NCBI GenBank assembly: GCA_964647855.1
Contig: CAZYJW010000002.1
Coordinates: 308,399 to 372,398, forward strand
Direction of reading: 5' to 3'
Length of the DNA stretch: 64,000 bases
Source of the DNA: Candidatus Micrarchaeota archaeon
GTDB lineage: Archaea > Micrarchaeota > Micrarchaeia > Anstonellales > Bilamarchaeaceae
In this document: positions 54,672 through 63,357 of the stretch, piece after piece
Layout: each line of letters starts with the position of its first letter
Position numbering within the stretch: the first letter of the stretch is position 1
The notes under the pieces: generated by a model
The model's input: the letters and a program-made list of their open reading frames with translations, nothing else
What the model was told of the DNA's origin: nothing
The model's database searches: none
Made by a program: the position numbers and the translations under genes

Positions 54672-56450
54672 ATGAGGCTTCCCGCAATCCTACTGCTCGC
54701 CATGGCGCTCTGCGCCGCGGCCTGCACGGGCTCGATATCGCAGAGCGTCCCGGCGGTCGTAGGCGACGGCGGAAACCTCGTCAACGTGAGCATGGCGCTC
54801 GGGGAGGGCGACGGGACTGTGTTCGTGAGCGTGGCGCCCGCGACAGGCGTCGCCACGCAGGAGTCGATTTACGACGCGGTCGCCTACGCCTGGATGCTCG
54901 CGGGCAGGGATGGGCCGTGCGACGTCATGGTCAGTTTCGCCGGCAACCCCTCCACATCGTACATCGACGGACCGAGCGCCGGCGCGGCGCTCACCGTGAT
55001 GGCGTATTCGCTCCTCGAGAACCGGACGATGAGGAACGACACGATAATAACGGGGACCATAGAGCCCGACGGAACCATCGGGCCGGTCGGAGGCCTCTAC
55101 GAGAAGGCCCGGGGCGCCTCGGACGCGGGGGCCGCGTATTTCATCACCCCCGTGGAGACGTTCTATGAGATCCTCCTTCTCCGCGAAATCGGGGAATCGC
55201 ACGGAATCAGAATCGTCCAGGCGGCGAGCGTGGAGGACGTCATCCGGTTCATGCTGGATGGCAGCGAGATACCCCAGTCGCAGTTCGAAATACGCGAGAG
55301 GGGAGTGCCGGACGTCCCGCAGTATTACGACCCCGGGCTTGCCGGGTTCGGCCCCGTGGCCCAGCGCATGATAAGCCTCGAAAGGGGGCTTGCGGACGCC
55401 GTGGGGGCGGATGGCAACGAAACGCTCGCGATAAAATCCTTCTACTATTCGGAAGCCGCCAGGCAGGAGGCCATGCTCGGACTGGGCTACGCGTTCAGCG
55501 CGGCCAACGAGGCGTTCCTAAACTATATCGACCTGCTCACGATAGAAGCCGTGGGGAAGGGGGAATTGGACCTTCCCCGGGCCAAGGGGGGCGCCGGAAT
55601 ATGCCTGGGAAACGTGCGAAGGCCGGCGATGACGGACCTGAATTGGGAGTGGGTGGCAGGCGCGGACCAGAGGCTCGGCTGGGCGCAGGAGAAGCTGGAC
55701 AACACCGAAACCGAAGGCGAGATGCTCGAGGACGAGAGGATATACGCGTTCAACCAACTCATGTACGCAAGGGCATGGTGCGAGGTGGCAGGCGCGCTGG
55801 CTGCCGGGGCGCCTGAGGGGGGCAGGGAAATCAACGAGAGCGCCTGGGAGCCGTTCGCAAGGGAGAGGATAGAGGGGGCGAGGGCGCTCGGGGAGCTCGA
55901 CGAGGACTACACGGCGCGCCTCAATATCGCCCAGGCAAGGTATTCCGCGGGCCGCTACGCGGCGGCGGTTTTCGACGCCACCTATGTGATAGAGACATCC
56001 GGGGACGAGCCTCCCCCCGGCGATGCGAACGTTTCGGAGCTGGTGGGCGAAAGCCGCTCCTCGCTCTGGGGGAAGGTCTACCAGTCGCACGCCGCGTTCC
56101 TGAATGCCCAGAACCTCACTTCGGCTGCCTACGAGACCGCCCGCTTCGCCCGGGCCCTCGACGACGCCACGCTGCGCATGGTTGACGAGGGGGAATATGC
56201 CGATGGGGGCGGTGAGGATGAGCCGCTTGCGGAAGGCAGGTCGCTGGACCCGGACTGGCCGGGGCAGGCGGGATGGTGGCCCGTTGCATTGGCCGCATGC
56301 GCATCGATGTTTTTATTCCTTGCCCTGCTATTATTACTCACAAGGCGAAAACATGGAAATGACCGCACGGGACCTCTCAAGGCTGATAGAGCTGAAGAAA
56401 AAGAGGGCGGAGCTCGAGTTCCAGGAAAGGGTGCTCGGCGCAAAGGCTGA
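54672..56450 (+). CDS. Secreted/membrane-anchored Lon-like S16 serine peptidase domain protein (592 aa)
   Basis: Signal peptide with LCAAAC; YIDGPSAGAALTV...ITGTIEPDGTIGPVGGLYEKARGA (Lon_C pattern); C-terminal TM VALAACASMFLFLALLLLL. Confidence 0.7.
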   Translation: MRLPAILLLAMALCAAACTGSISQSVPAVVGDGGNLVNVSMALGEGDGTVFVSVAPATGVATQESIYDAVAYAWMLAGRDGPCDVMVSFAGNPSTSYIDGPSAGAALTVMAYSLLENRTMRNDTIITGTIEPDGTIGPVGGLYEKARGASDAGAAYFITPVETFYEILLLREIGESHGIRIVQAASVEDVIRFMLDGSEIPQSQFEIRERGVPDVPQYYDPGLAGFGPVAQRMISLERGLADAVGADGNETLAIKSFYYSEAARQEAMLGLGYAFSAANEAFLNYIDLLTIEAVGKGELDLPRAKGGAGICLGNVRRPAMTDLNWEWVAGADQRLGWAQEKLDNTETEGEMLEDERIYAFNQLMYARAWCEVAGALAAGAPEGGREINESAWEPFARERIEGARALGELDEDYTARLNIAQARYSAGRYAAAVFDATYVIETSGDEPPPGDANVSELVGESRSSLWGKVYQSHAAFLNAQNLTSAAYETARFARALDDATLRMVDEGEYADGGGEDEPLAEGRSLDPDWPGQAGWWPVALAACASMFLFLALLLLLTRRKHGNDRTGPLKADRAEEKEGGARVPGKGARRKG

Positions 56451-57165
56451 GACCGAGATGCGGCATGTGATCGCGGGCATCCGAGAGCTTTCCGAGAAGG
56501 CGAAGGAGACGGGCGTGGCGCTCGTGCTGCCTTCCCAGGAGAGGCTCGACGAGCTTGGCGAACTGCTTGAGAGCTTCCCCCCGGACGCAATACGGGAGGG
56601 CCTCAAGGTGCGCGACGGGAAGGCGTACGGCACGCTCAGGGAGCGGGGCGCCATCGTGAAGCGCAATTTCGAGAACCGCTCTGAAATCGCGAAACTGCTC
56701 GTATTGTGCGCCAGGATGGGCGAGGACGAGAGGAAGGCCGCCCTCGGCGCGATAGCCGCCGGAGCCGTCCGGGAGCCCCTGAGGATAACCACCCTGGCGC
56801 CGCCGGACAGGGCGAAGCTCCTCAAGTTCATGAAAAGGAGCGGAATCCCTTGCGTCCTCGAAGGCGACATGCTTTGCGCTCCCCCCGCGGATGCGGCCAT
56901 GGGCGAGGTCCGTCTCGAGATGCCGGGCAGGCTGGTCTGGGTCGAGGAATCGGCCAAGCCCACGCTTGAGGCGAACCTCCGGCGGATGAGGGATTTGAAC
57001 GCGCACATCCAGCTCAAGAACGCCGAGAGGCAGATAAAGGTCTTCACGGAAGACGAGGAGAGCCGCTTCGCCGAGCTGCAGAGGGAGTATCTCGGCCTGC
57101 TCAAGGAGCAGGACGAAATCCTCAGGGAATACAACCTCGAGGACGGCATTTCGGTGAAGAGATAG
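56353..57165 (+). CDS. Hypothetical coiled-coil protein (270 aa)
   Basis: Start trimmed to ATG 56353. In the 98-nt overlap with the upstream gene this frame has high GC3 and the upstream frame has low GC3. Confidence 0.6.
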   Translation: MEMTARDLSRLIELKKKRAELEFQERVLGAKAETEMRHVIAGIRELSEKAKETGVALVLPSQERLDELGELLESFPPDAIREGLKVRDGKAYGTLRERGAIVKRNFENRSEIAKLLVLCARMGEDERKAALGAIAAGAVREPLRITTLAPPDRAKLLKFMKRSGIPCVLEGDMLCAPPADAAMGEVRLEMPGRLVWVEESAKPTLEANLRRMRDLNAHIQLKNAERQIKVFTEDEESRFAELQREYLGLLKEQDEILREYNLEDGISVKR

Positions 57166-57167
57166 CC

Positions 57168-58721
57168 TCAGAGCCTCTTCGCCATGTATGGCCCTTCGAG
57201 TGAGTAGCCGCAGCGCCTGTAATACTCCCTTGCGCCGACCCCGCTGATTACCAGGATTTTCCCCCGGCCCGCATCAGCCGCCGCGTGCTCCGCGGCCACA
57301 AGCAGCCTCGAGCCGAGCCCGCTGTGCTGGATGCCCCCCCTCCCGCCTATCGGCACCTCGTTCCCGTAGACATGGAGCTCGCGCACGAGAGCCGCATCCC
57401 CCCCGGCGGGAAACCTCAGGCGAATGAAACCCGCTATCAGCCCCTCCCCGGCGGCGTTTCCGGACTCGAAGGAAAGGAAACGCTCCCTGCCCCCCGCAGA
57501 GGCATAATCGATGCTGCGGAGGCGGAATTCCGACGCAGCAGGCGCGCGCCCGCAGAGCCCCGCCTCGCGGCAGCGGATTTCCACCGGCGATATGCCTTTT
57601 TCGCGCAGCTTCCGCTCGACAAGCTCGCGGAGGTTGCTTTTTTTCACTCCGCCGCATATGAGGCCGGCGGGGATGTCCCTCTGGATTCGCATCACCCGCA
57701 CGTACGGCGGTATGTGGCGGTAGAACTCCGAAATCACGTCCGCGGCCTCCTCGGCGCTGTAAGGCTCGTAGCCGCCGGCATCGGCGATGGCCTTGAGCGG
57801 CGTGCCCTCCATTACAAGCGTGGGGTATATCTTGAGCATGTCAGGGCGGAAGCGGCCCTCCGAGAAGAGCCTCCGGACCATCGCGGCGTCCTTTCCGGGC
57901 CCCGAGCCCGGAAGCCCGGGCATGATGTGGTAGCAGACCTTGAACGCGGCGTCCTTGAGCGCCCGCGTGGAATCTGCGACGTCCTGCACCGTGTGGCCGC
58001 GGCTTATCGCCCGGTAGATTCCGTCGTCCGGATGCTGCACGCCCAGCTCGACGCGCGTCGCGCCGTATGAGAGCATCTCGCCGATATAGGGGATGCATGC
58101 GTCCGGGCGCGTCTCTATCGTGAGCCCGATGGCGCGGTGCGCGCCCCCCCGCTCGTTCGCCGCGATGGCATCCTCGAGCGTCGCGGAGCGGCCGCCGTTA
58201 AGCCCCTCGTAGACGCCCTTCACGAACCCCCGCCGGTATTCCGGCTCCATCTCGAGGAAGGTGCCTCCCATTATTATGATTTCGCACTTGTCGGCGGGAT
58301 GCCCCGCGCCCTCGAACTGCGCGGCGCGCGAGGACGCCTGGAGGAAGGGATCGTATCCGTACTGGCGGCTCCGGAGCGCCGCCGGCTCGAAGCCGCTGTA
58401 GCTTTTCGCGGCGAGGCCCCCCGCCGGGCAGTAGATGCAGCCGTGCCTGCACGAGCCCTGCGGCCGGACCATCACTGCAATCGGCGTGACGCCCGAGGCG
58501 GTGCGCATGGGGCGCTTGAGGAGCAACGAGCGGATTTCCGGCGTAATGCCCCCCTCCGGGATGCAGGCCAGGATTTCGGGGTTCCGTATCATGCGGCCTA
58601 TCCCGAAGCGGCGGCATTCCTCGCGCTTGATCCGGTCGAGGGAACGCTCTCCGGCAAGGATTCGCCTGGCAATCGAGCCGGCGGCTTCCTCCCTCGACAT
58701 AAGCGTGGTTGATGGGGGCAC
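57168..58721 (-). CDS. elp3: Elp3-type radical SAM/GNAT tRNA-modification enzyme
   Basis: CRHGCIYCP cluster motif, IIMGGTF, TIETRPD, C-terminal GNAT (QHSGLGSRLL). Confidence 0.9.
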   Translation of the reverse strand: MPPSTTLMSREEAAGSIARRILAGERSLDRIKREECRRFGIGRMIRNPEILACIPEGGITPEIRSLLLKRPMRTASGVTPIAVMVRPQGSCRHGCIYCPAGGLAAKSYSGFEPAALRSRQYGYDPFLQASSRAAQFEGAGHPADKCEIIIMGGTFLEMEPEYRRGFVKGVYEGLNGGRSATLEDAIAANERGGAHRAIGLTIETRPDACIPYIGEMLSYGATRVELGVQHPDDGIYRAISRGHTVQDVADSTRALKDAAFKVCYHIMPGLPGSGPGKDAAMVRRLFSEGRFRPDMLKIYPTLVMEGTPLKAIADAGGYEPYSAEEAADVISEFYRHIPPYVRVMRIQRDIPAGLICGGVKKSNLRELVERKLREKGISPVEIRCREAGLCGRAPAASEFRLRSIDYASAGGRERFLSFESGNAAGEGLIAGFIRLRFPAGGDAALVRELHVYGNEVPIGGRGGIQHSGLGSRLLVAAEHAAADAGRGKILVISGVGAREYYRRCGYSLEGPYMAKRL

Positions 58722-58727
58722 GTGGTT

Positions 58728-59534
58728 TTAATTGAACAGGTTCGAGAGGAGGCCGGCGAGCGAATAGACCGGAGCCTGGAAGATGGGGAACACCAGCGCG
58801 CCGCTGTTCGTGGCCTTGTAGTCGCCAAGGAGGCCGGAGCGGATGAAGAGCGTGACGTTCTCCGAAGCGTTGATGTTCCTGCTCGCGAGCGAGACGACTC
58901 CTATGGTGGTGCGGTATGCCTCCTCCTCGTCACCTACTATCTCATAATAGACCGAGCGGGTGGACTGCGCGGGGACATAGACGGGCTTGACGAACTCCCA
59001 GCGCTTCGCGCCCGTGGCGCTCACCTGGAAGGCGTCGCCGGTTGAGCCCTTGTTGGTTATCGATATCTTGAACCTGGCGGGCTGGCCGGGGCCAACTGAC
59101 CGGTAGTTCGGCGACACGTCGAAATCCATGATGTCGTAGGTTATCCTCGCCTTAGCGAGGAATGTCACGTTCCCGAGCCGTTCCCCGTCGTTCTCGTCAA
59201 CTACGGTGACGCGCACCGAATAGTTGCCTTCGGCGGCGTCCGGGTCGGCCGTTATCGTAACCATCAGCGGGTCCTGGTAAAGCTTGCTGTCGGCCGACGT
59301 CCAGCCGCGTGGCAGCTCGCCGACGACCGCCTGGTCGTATATGCCGCCCTCGCCGTGGATGCCGCCGGTCCTTGCTTTCGGGTCTATCTGTATGTAGACG
59401 GTCTGGCCCGGGCCCATCGTCCCGAGGTCGACGACATCGTTGTTCCCCACGCCCCGTATTGCGGGCGACACCAGGTCCACGGCGAAGCCGAGCGACAGCA
59501 CAACCATGAGGGCGAGCGATATCCTGCCGAGCAT
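58728..59534 (-). CDS. Secreted beta-sandwich (CARDB/Ig-like) repeat protein with C-terminal hydrophobic segment (268 aa)
   Basis: Start trimmed from ORF-track 60866 (the upstream part is Arg/Gly/Pro-rich and overlaps the HerA-like gene off-frame); signal-anchor ISLALMVVLSLGF; PGQPARFKISITNKGSTGDAFQVSA typical CARDB-like strand pattern. Confidence 0.65.
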   Translation of the reverse strand: MLGRISLALMVVLSLGFAVDLVSPAIRGVGNNDVVDLGTMGPGQTVYIQIDPKARTGGIHGEGGIYDQAVVGELPRGWTSADSKLYQDPLMVTITADPDAAEGNYSVRVTVVDENDGERLGNVTFLAKARITYDIMDFDVSPNYRSVGPGQPARFKISITNKGSTGDAFQVSATGAKRWEFVKPVYVPAQSTRSVYYEIVGDEEEAYRTTIGVVSLASRNINASENVTLFIRSGLLGDYKATNSGALVFPIFQAPVYSLAGLLSNLFN

Positions 59535-59602
59535 GCTGCCGATATCGTTCTTAAGGATTATAAAATCGAAGCCCGGGGCAAAAGGGGGCCCGGGCGGGGG
59601 GC

Positions 59603-61117
59603 TCAGATGAACGCCTCGACGTCCTTCGACCTGCGTTCCTCCCGCTCCTCGAACTCCTTCGCCTGCACATGCAGCGGCGCGCCCTTCTCCCTCTTCACGG
59701 ACCTGCGGTCTCGCACCCTGAGGAACACCGGGGAGTTCACGGCCTCGCCGACCACTATCGCCTCCCCGACCCGAAGTCCCGTGATGCTCTTCGCGACGCG
59801 GGAGTCTATGCCCTCCGAGCTCATCTGGATGTGGTCCAGGTCGTTCGGGTTGGTGACGCGCATTATGATGTGGGTGTTGCACTGGCTCAGGGCAGTGGTG
59901 CTGAGGTTGACCGGGCGCTGGCTGACAAGGCAGAGCGAGGCGCCGAACTTGCGGCCCTCCCTCGCGATGGTCTCTATTATCGCCCGGCTGACCGCCTCGC
60001 CCTCCTCCGCTTTCTCCCTGGCGAAGTTGTGCGCCTCCTCTATGAGCAGCATGAAGGGCGGGATTCTGCCCTTCTTGCGCAGGGAGAAAAGCCTGCGGGC
60101 CGTCAGGGACACTAGAATCTGCTTCTTCCTCAGCGAGTCGATCGTCGAGAAGTCCAGGACGAGCATGCGCCCGGGCCGGACCTCTGCGGCGAGCCTGGGG
60201 TTCTCGGCCTTGCGCGAAAGGAAGCGGTGGCGCCTGAGCTCGGAGAGGCTGCGCTTGAGGGCGCGCTTCACCTCGTCCTTGGAGACGTCGGCGGCGTCGA
60301 TGGCCGCGACAAGCTCGCCGAAGGAATAGCCGTCCGCGCCCTTCTTTTTTTCGCGCAGAGACACAACAGCGTGGCGAAGCACGTCGCGCTGGGGCGCGGA
60401 AAGGTGCGGCAGCCACCCCATCATGGCCTCGGCGCCCACCTTGCGCAGGGGGATTGATATGTCGCCCCCTTCCACGACCGTGACGCTTTTTCCGAAAGCC
60501 GGGTCGTGCGCGAACCCGCCGTATTCTCCGTGGATGTCTATGACCACCACCGCGACGCGCCCGTCGCCCTTGCTCCGCGAAAGAAGCTCCTCGAGGAGGA
60601 CGCAGGCGAGATGCGACTTGCCGGCGCCGCTCATTGCGAGGATTGCGAGGTGCTTCTGTAGCAGGCGCGTCATGGATATCCGTGCCGGGACGTCGTGGTG
60701 CTCGATCTGGCCCAGATGGAGGCCGGATTCTTCGAATCCCAGGAACGCCCTGAGGATTGCTGGGTCGGCGTCGGAAACCTCCGCCCCCGGGGAGGGCGGC
60801 GCGAACGCGCGGGCGAACCCGCCGCCGGAAAAGACGCCGAGTATGCGGACGGACGCCACCGTGCATTCCCAGGATGCCGAGGGGAAGCTGGCCGAGACGC
60901 CCTCGCCGCGGCCGAAATCGGCAACGGTCTCCGCGCGCTCGAAGTAGCGGTTCGACTTGAAAAGCTCGGTCACGAGGCCGAAGAGCGCGCCGCCGCCGTG
61001 CGGAATCTGGACGTACTGCCCCTTGCTTGCGCGGCCGCCGCCCACGACGAATGAGAATTCCGAGGTCGAAGGCGATTCATCGGCCGCAATCACCGTGCCA
61101 AGAGCCGAACCTCCCAT
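59603..61117 (-). CDS. HerA/DUF87-family (FtsK-HerA superfamily) ATPase
   Basis: Walker A AILAMSGAGKSH, Walker B MLLIEEAHNF, N-terminal HAS-barrel-like segment, VSQRPVNLS motif. Confidence 0.8.
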   Translation of the reverse strand: MGGSALGTVIAADESPSTSEFSFVVGGGRASKGQYVQIPHGGGALFGLVTELFKSNRYFERAETVADFGRGEGVSASFPSASWECTVASVRILGVFSGGGFARAFAPPSPGAEVSDADPAILRAFLGFEESGLHLGQIEHHDVPARISMTRLLQKHLAILAMSGAGKSHLACVLLEELLSRSKGDGRVAVVVIDIHGEYGGFAHDPAFGKSVTVVEGGDISIPLRKVGAEAMMGWLPHLSAPQRDVLRHAVVSLREKKKGADGYSFGELVAAIDAADVSKDEVKRALKRSLSELRRHRFLSRKAENPRLAAEVRPGRMLVLDFSTIDSLRKKQILVSLTARRLFSLRKKGRIPPFMLLIEEAHNFAREKAEEGEAVSRAIIETIAREGRKFGASLCLVSQRPVNLSTTALSQCNTHIIMRVTNPNDLDHIQMSSEGIDSRVAKSITGLRVGEAIVVGEAVNSPVFLRVRDRRSVKREKGAPLHVQAKEFEEREERRSKDVEAFI

Positions 61118-61153
61118 ACGGGGCGATTCTCCTTCCCGGCTTATAAGCCTGCG

Positions 61154-61864
61154 CTAGCGCTTCATGGCTTTTAGCAGCACGAAAGCGACCACAAGCCCCC
61201 CGATTAGGAGCGCGGCGGCGCCTGCCGCGAGCGCGAGCATCGCGACATCGTATTCCCTTGAGCGGACCACTATGAATTTGCCCTCCGACATGAGGCTTAC
61301 GATATCGTACTCCGCCCGCATCCGCCCGCCCTCGCCCGCAACCATCTCGCCGTTCTCGGCGCTGATGATTTCCCCTGGCATCTCGACCGAGTATTTGACC
61401 GAGGCGCCGGCCGCCCTCAGCGTGTTGGCGGCCATCCTGGCCGAGGGGCTCTCGAAGTCCGAATCAAGCGCATCGGCGGATGCCGAGGTCATCGAAGAGG
61501 ACTCGACGAACTGGGGCACCCGGTGTATCTCAAGGGTATAGATGGCATACGGGAATTCCGAGGTCCGGTTGAACAGGTAGCCCCCCTCGGCGGCGCTGAT
61601 GCGCTTGGAGAGCGTCACTATGCCGCCTTCTGCGGTGCAGTTGAGGCCGGGCTCCTGCGCCGTGAGGTTCGCGCATGCTCCGGACAGGTCGCTCTCCCCG
61701 AGGGAATACTCCCCGCCCGCCGAAAGCAGGGCGCTCAGGTCCATGGTCTCGGTTATCACGGAGTCCCCGTTGCGCTCCACCTTCTGGGTGAATTCCAGCG
61801 ATATGCAGCCGGATAGCATGAGCGCGAGCAGCCCGGTTAGCAGCAGCGGTTGGCGGATGTGCAT
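61154..61864 (-). CDS. Lipoprotein-like exported protein with C-terminal TM anchor (236 aa)
   Basis: Start trimmed to ATG 61864 (MHIRQPLLLTGLLALMLSGC lipobox-like); C-terminal AMLALAAGAAALLIGGLVVAFVLL. Confidence 0.6.
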   Translation of the reverse strand: MHIRQPLLLTGLLALMLSGCISLEFTQKVERNGDSVITETMDLSALLSAGGEYSLGESDLSGACANLTAQEPGLNCTAEGGIVTLSKRISAAEGGYLFNRTSEFPYAIYTLEIHRVPQFVESSSMTSASADALDSDFESPSARMAANTLRAAGASVKYSVEMPGEIISAENGEMVAGEGGRMRAEYDIVSLMSEGKFIVVRSREYDVAMLALAAGAAALLIGGLVVAFVLLKAMKR

Positions 61865-61917
61865 GCGGATACACTCATTCGCAGTGATTATAAATCCGCC
61901 CCCGCCCCGGCGGCGCC

Positions 61918-62415
61918 TCACTCGAAATTCATCCTGGAGAACTTGATGAAGACGGGCTTTCCACCCTCTTCGCCGGCTATCGCTATCGCAAGCTCCTTGC
62001 GCAGCCTTCCTGCGGCCTCGAGCGAGGGAAGCAGCCCCTCTGCGCCCGCCTTCCACCCCTCCGGGACGACCTCGATGAGATAATAGGTCTTGTCCTCGCC
62101 CGGGCGCACGCCCTTGCGGTGCAGCCTGAGGAACGGGGTTCCGTCGAGGCTCGGCCGCACGATATAGCCGCGCTCGCGCAGGTATTTTAGCACAACGTAC
62201 TTGCGCCGGGCGGAGGAATCCCTCCTCTGCGCCTCCGAGAGCAGCTCGTCCGGCGGGATCGGGATGACCCCGCGCTCGGCGAAATAGGCGGCCTCCAGGT
62301 AGGTGATGCGCGTCTCGTCCGCGTCCTCGACGCCGGCGCCGAGGCTTCTCAGCTTCAGTATTAGCGGCCTATGCCGGATTATCAGGAAATCCTCCGCCCG
62401 TTCGATGCCTTCCAT
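61918..62415 (-). CDS. endA: tRNA-splicing endonuclease family protein (EndA-like), catalytic Tyr/His positions apparently substituted
   Basis: LEAAYFAERGV and YVVLKYLRERGYIVRPS match EndA N- and C-domain patterns. The usual FRVY reads FLRLH, and the usual HSxYLV reads DKTYYLIEV. Confidence 0.55.
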   Translation of the reverse strand: MEGIERAEDFLIIRHRPLILKLRSLGAGVEDADETRITYLEAAYFAERGVIPIPPDELLSEAQRRDSSARRKYVVLKYLRERGYIVRPSLDGTPFLRLHRKGVRPGEDKTYYLIEVVPEGWKAGAEGLLPSLEAAGRLRKELAIAIAGEEGGKPVFIKFSRMNFE

Positions 62416-62424
62416 AGAGCAGCC

Positions 62425-62874
62425 TCAGGTGCCGTCCCCCTTGCCGCCCCTGCGCCTGACGTCGTCGAGGATGAGCATGAGGTGGCTGTGCTTCACGTCG
62501 TACATGTGGATTGCCATGAAGGACCCGCCGGCCGTGTCCACGTTCAGCGTGCCGACGCCGAATATCCGCTGGACGAGGTTCTGGTGGTAGCTCGCCTCGG
62601 TCACCTTCGCGTAGGGTATCACTATCCTGCGGGTGGAAAGCACGCCGGACTGGTAGACCAGTCCGCTCTCGTCGAGCGTGAGCGTGTGGAATTTCACCGA
62701 AACGAGGGACGCCATAACGGAAACCGCGCCGAGCAGCCAGACCGCGGCCATGAGAGTCATCCAGATGCGCTCGACATAGTCCATGAACACGTAGATGAGG
62801 GCGCTGAGGAACAGCGTGGAGGCGAGGATGTTGATGACCCGCACGATGGGATACGGGTTGAAGGAGCGTGCCAT
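62425..62874 (-). CDS. bPH_2/YdbS-like membrane protein (DUF304-type PH domain), 149 aa
   Basis: Two TM helices then RRIVIPYAKVTEASYHQNLVQRIFGVGTLNVDTAG; start trimmed from ORF-track 63753 (the upstream part is Pro/Arg-rich and antisense to rnhA). Confidence 0.65.
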   Translation of the reverse strand: MARSFNPYPIVRVINILASTLFLSALIYVFMDYVERIWMTLMAAVWLLGAVSVMASLVSVKFHTLTLDESGLVYQSGVLSTRRIVIPYAKVTEASYHQNLVQRIFGVGTLNVDTAGGSFMAIHMYDVKHSHLMLILDDVRRRGGKGDGT

Positions 62875-62895
62875 GCCACCTCTTTCCTCGCTCGG

Positions 62896-62903
62896 ATTTA
62901 AAT
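62896..62903. promoter_or_regulatory. Palindromic TATA-like box ATTTAAAT centred ~26 nt from both divergent start codons (62874 minus, 62926 plus)
   Basis: Only AT-rich element in the 51-nt divergent spacer; symmetric spacing. Confidence 0.45.
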
Positions 62904-62925
62904 GATTGCGCATGAAGGGGATTCC

Positions 62926-63357
62926 ATGCTCGTCATACACACGGACGGCGCCTCGCTCGGCAACCCCGGCCACATGGGGATTGGCGTCGTTGTCTACCGT
63001 GACGGAATCGTCGTGGAGGAGCTGAGCGAATACATAGGGGTGGGCACGAACAACGTCGCGGAATATACCGCGGTAATCCGGGCCCTGGAGACCGTCCATG
63101 GGATGGGTGAAAGCGAGGCGCACATCAGGACCGACAGCCAGCTGATAGTCCGGCAATTGAACGGGGAATACAAGGTCAAGGACCCGGGGCTGAGGCTTCT
63201 CAAGAACAGGGTGGACCGCCTCTCCCGGGGCCTGAAGGTGCGCTTCGAGCACATCCCGCGCGAGCACAACGACGAGGCGGACGCGCTCTCCAAGGAGGGC
63301 GCCGCGCTCGGCAGGAAGAGGGCCGGGCGCGCAGGCAACGGGGGCGGGAGCGGATGA
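62926..63357 (+). CDS. rnhA: Ribonuclease HI
   Basis: HTDGASLGNPG, TNNVAEYTAV, RTDSQLIVRQL, REHNDEADALS (DEDD residues); the second ATG (62926) fits the TATA spacing better than 62902. Confidence 0.85.
   Translation: MLVIHTDGASLGNPGHMGIGVVVYRDGIVVEELSEYIGVGTNNVAEYTAVIRALETVHGMGESEAHIRTDSQLIVRQLNGEYKVKDPGLRLLKNRVDRLSRGLKVRFEHIPREHNDEADALSKEGAALGRKRAGRAGNGGGSG

Noticed and set aside
59535-60866. N-terminal 444 aa of ORF-track model 58728-60866(-). Similar cases are the N-terminal parts of 62425-63753(-), 45190-46884(+), 56104-57165(+), 61154-62056(-), 15510-16277(-), 26836-27924(-) and 25888-26802(+)
   Set aside because: The upstream extensions overlap neighbouring well-supported genes out of frame, or run through AT-rich promoter DNA, and are Arg/Pro/Gly-rich. 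Internal ATGs with a signal peptide, SD or TATA context give non-overlapping models.
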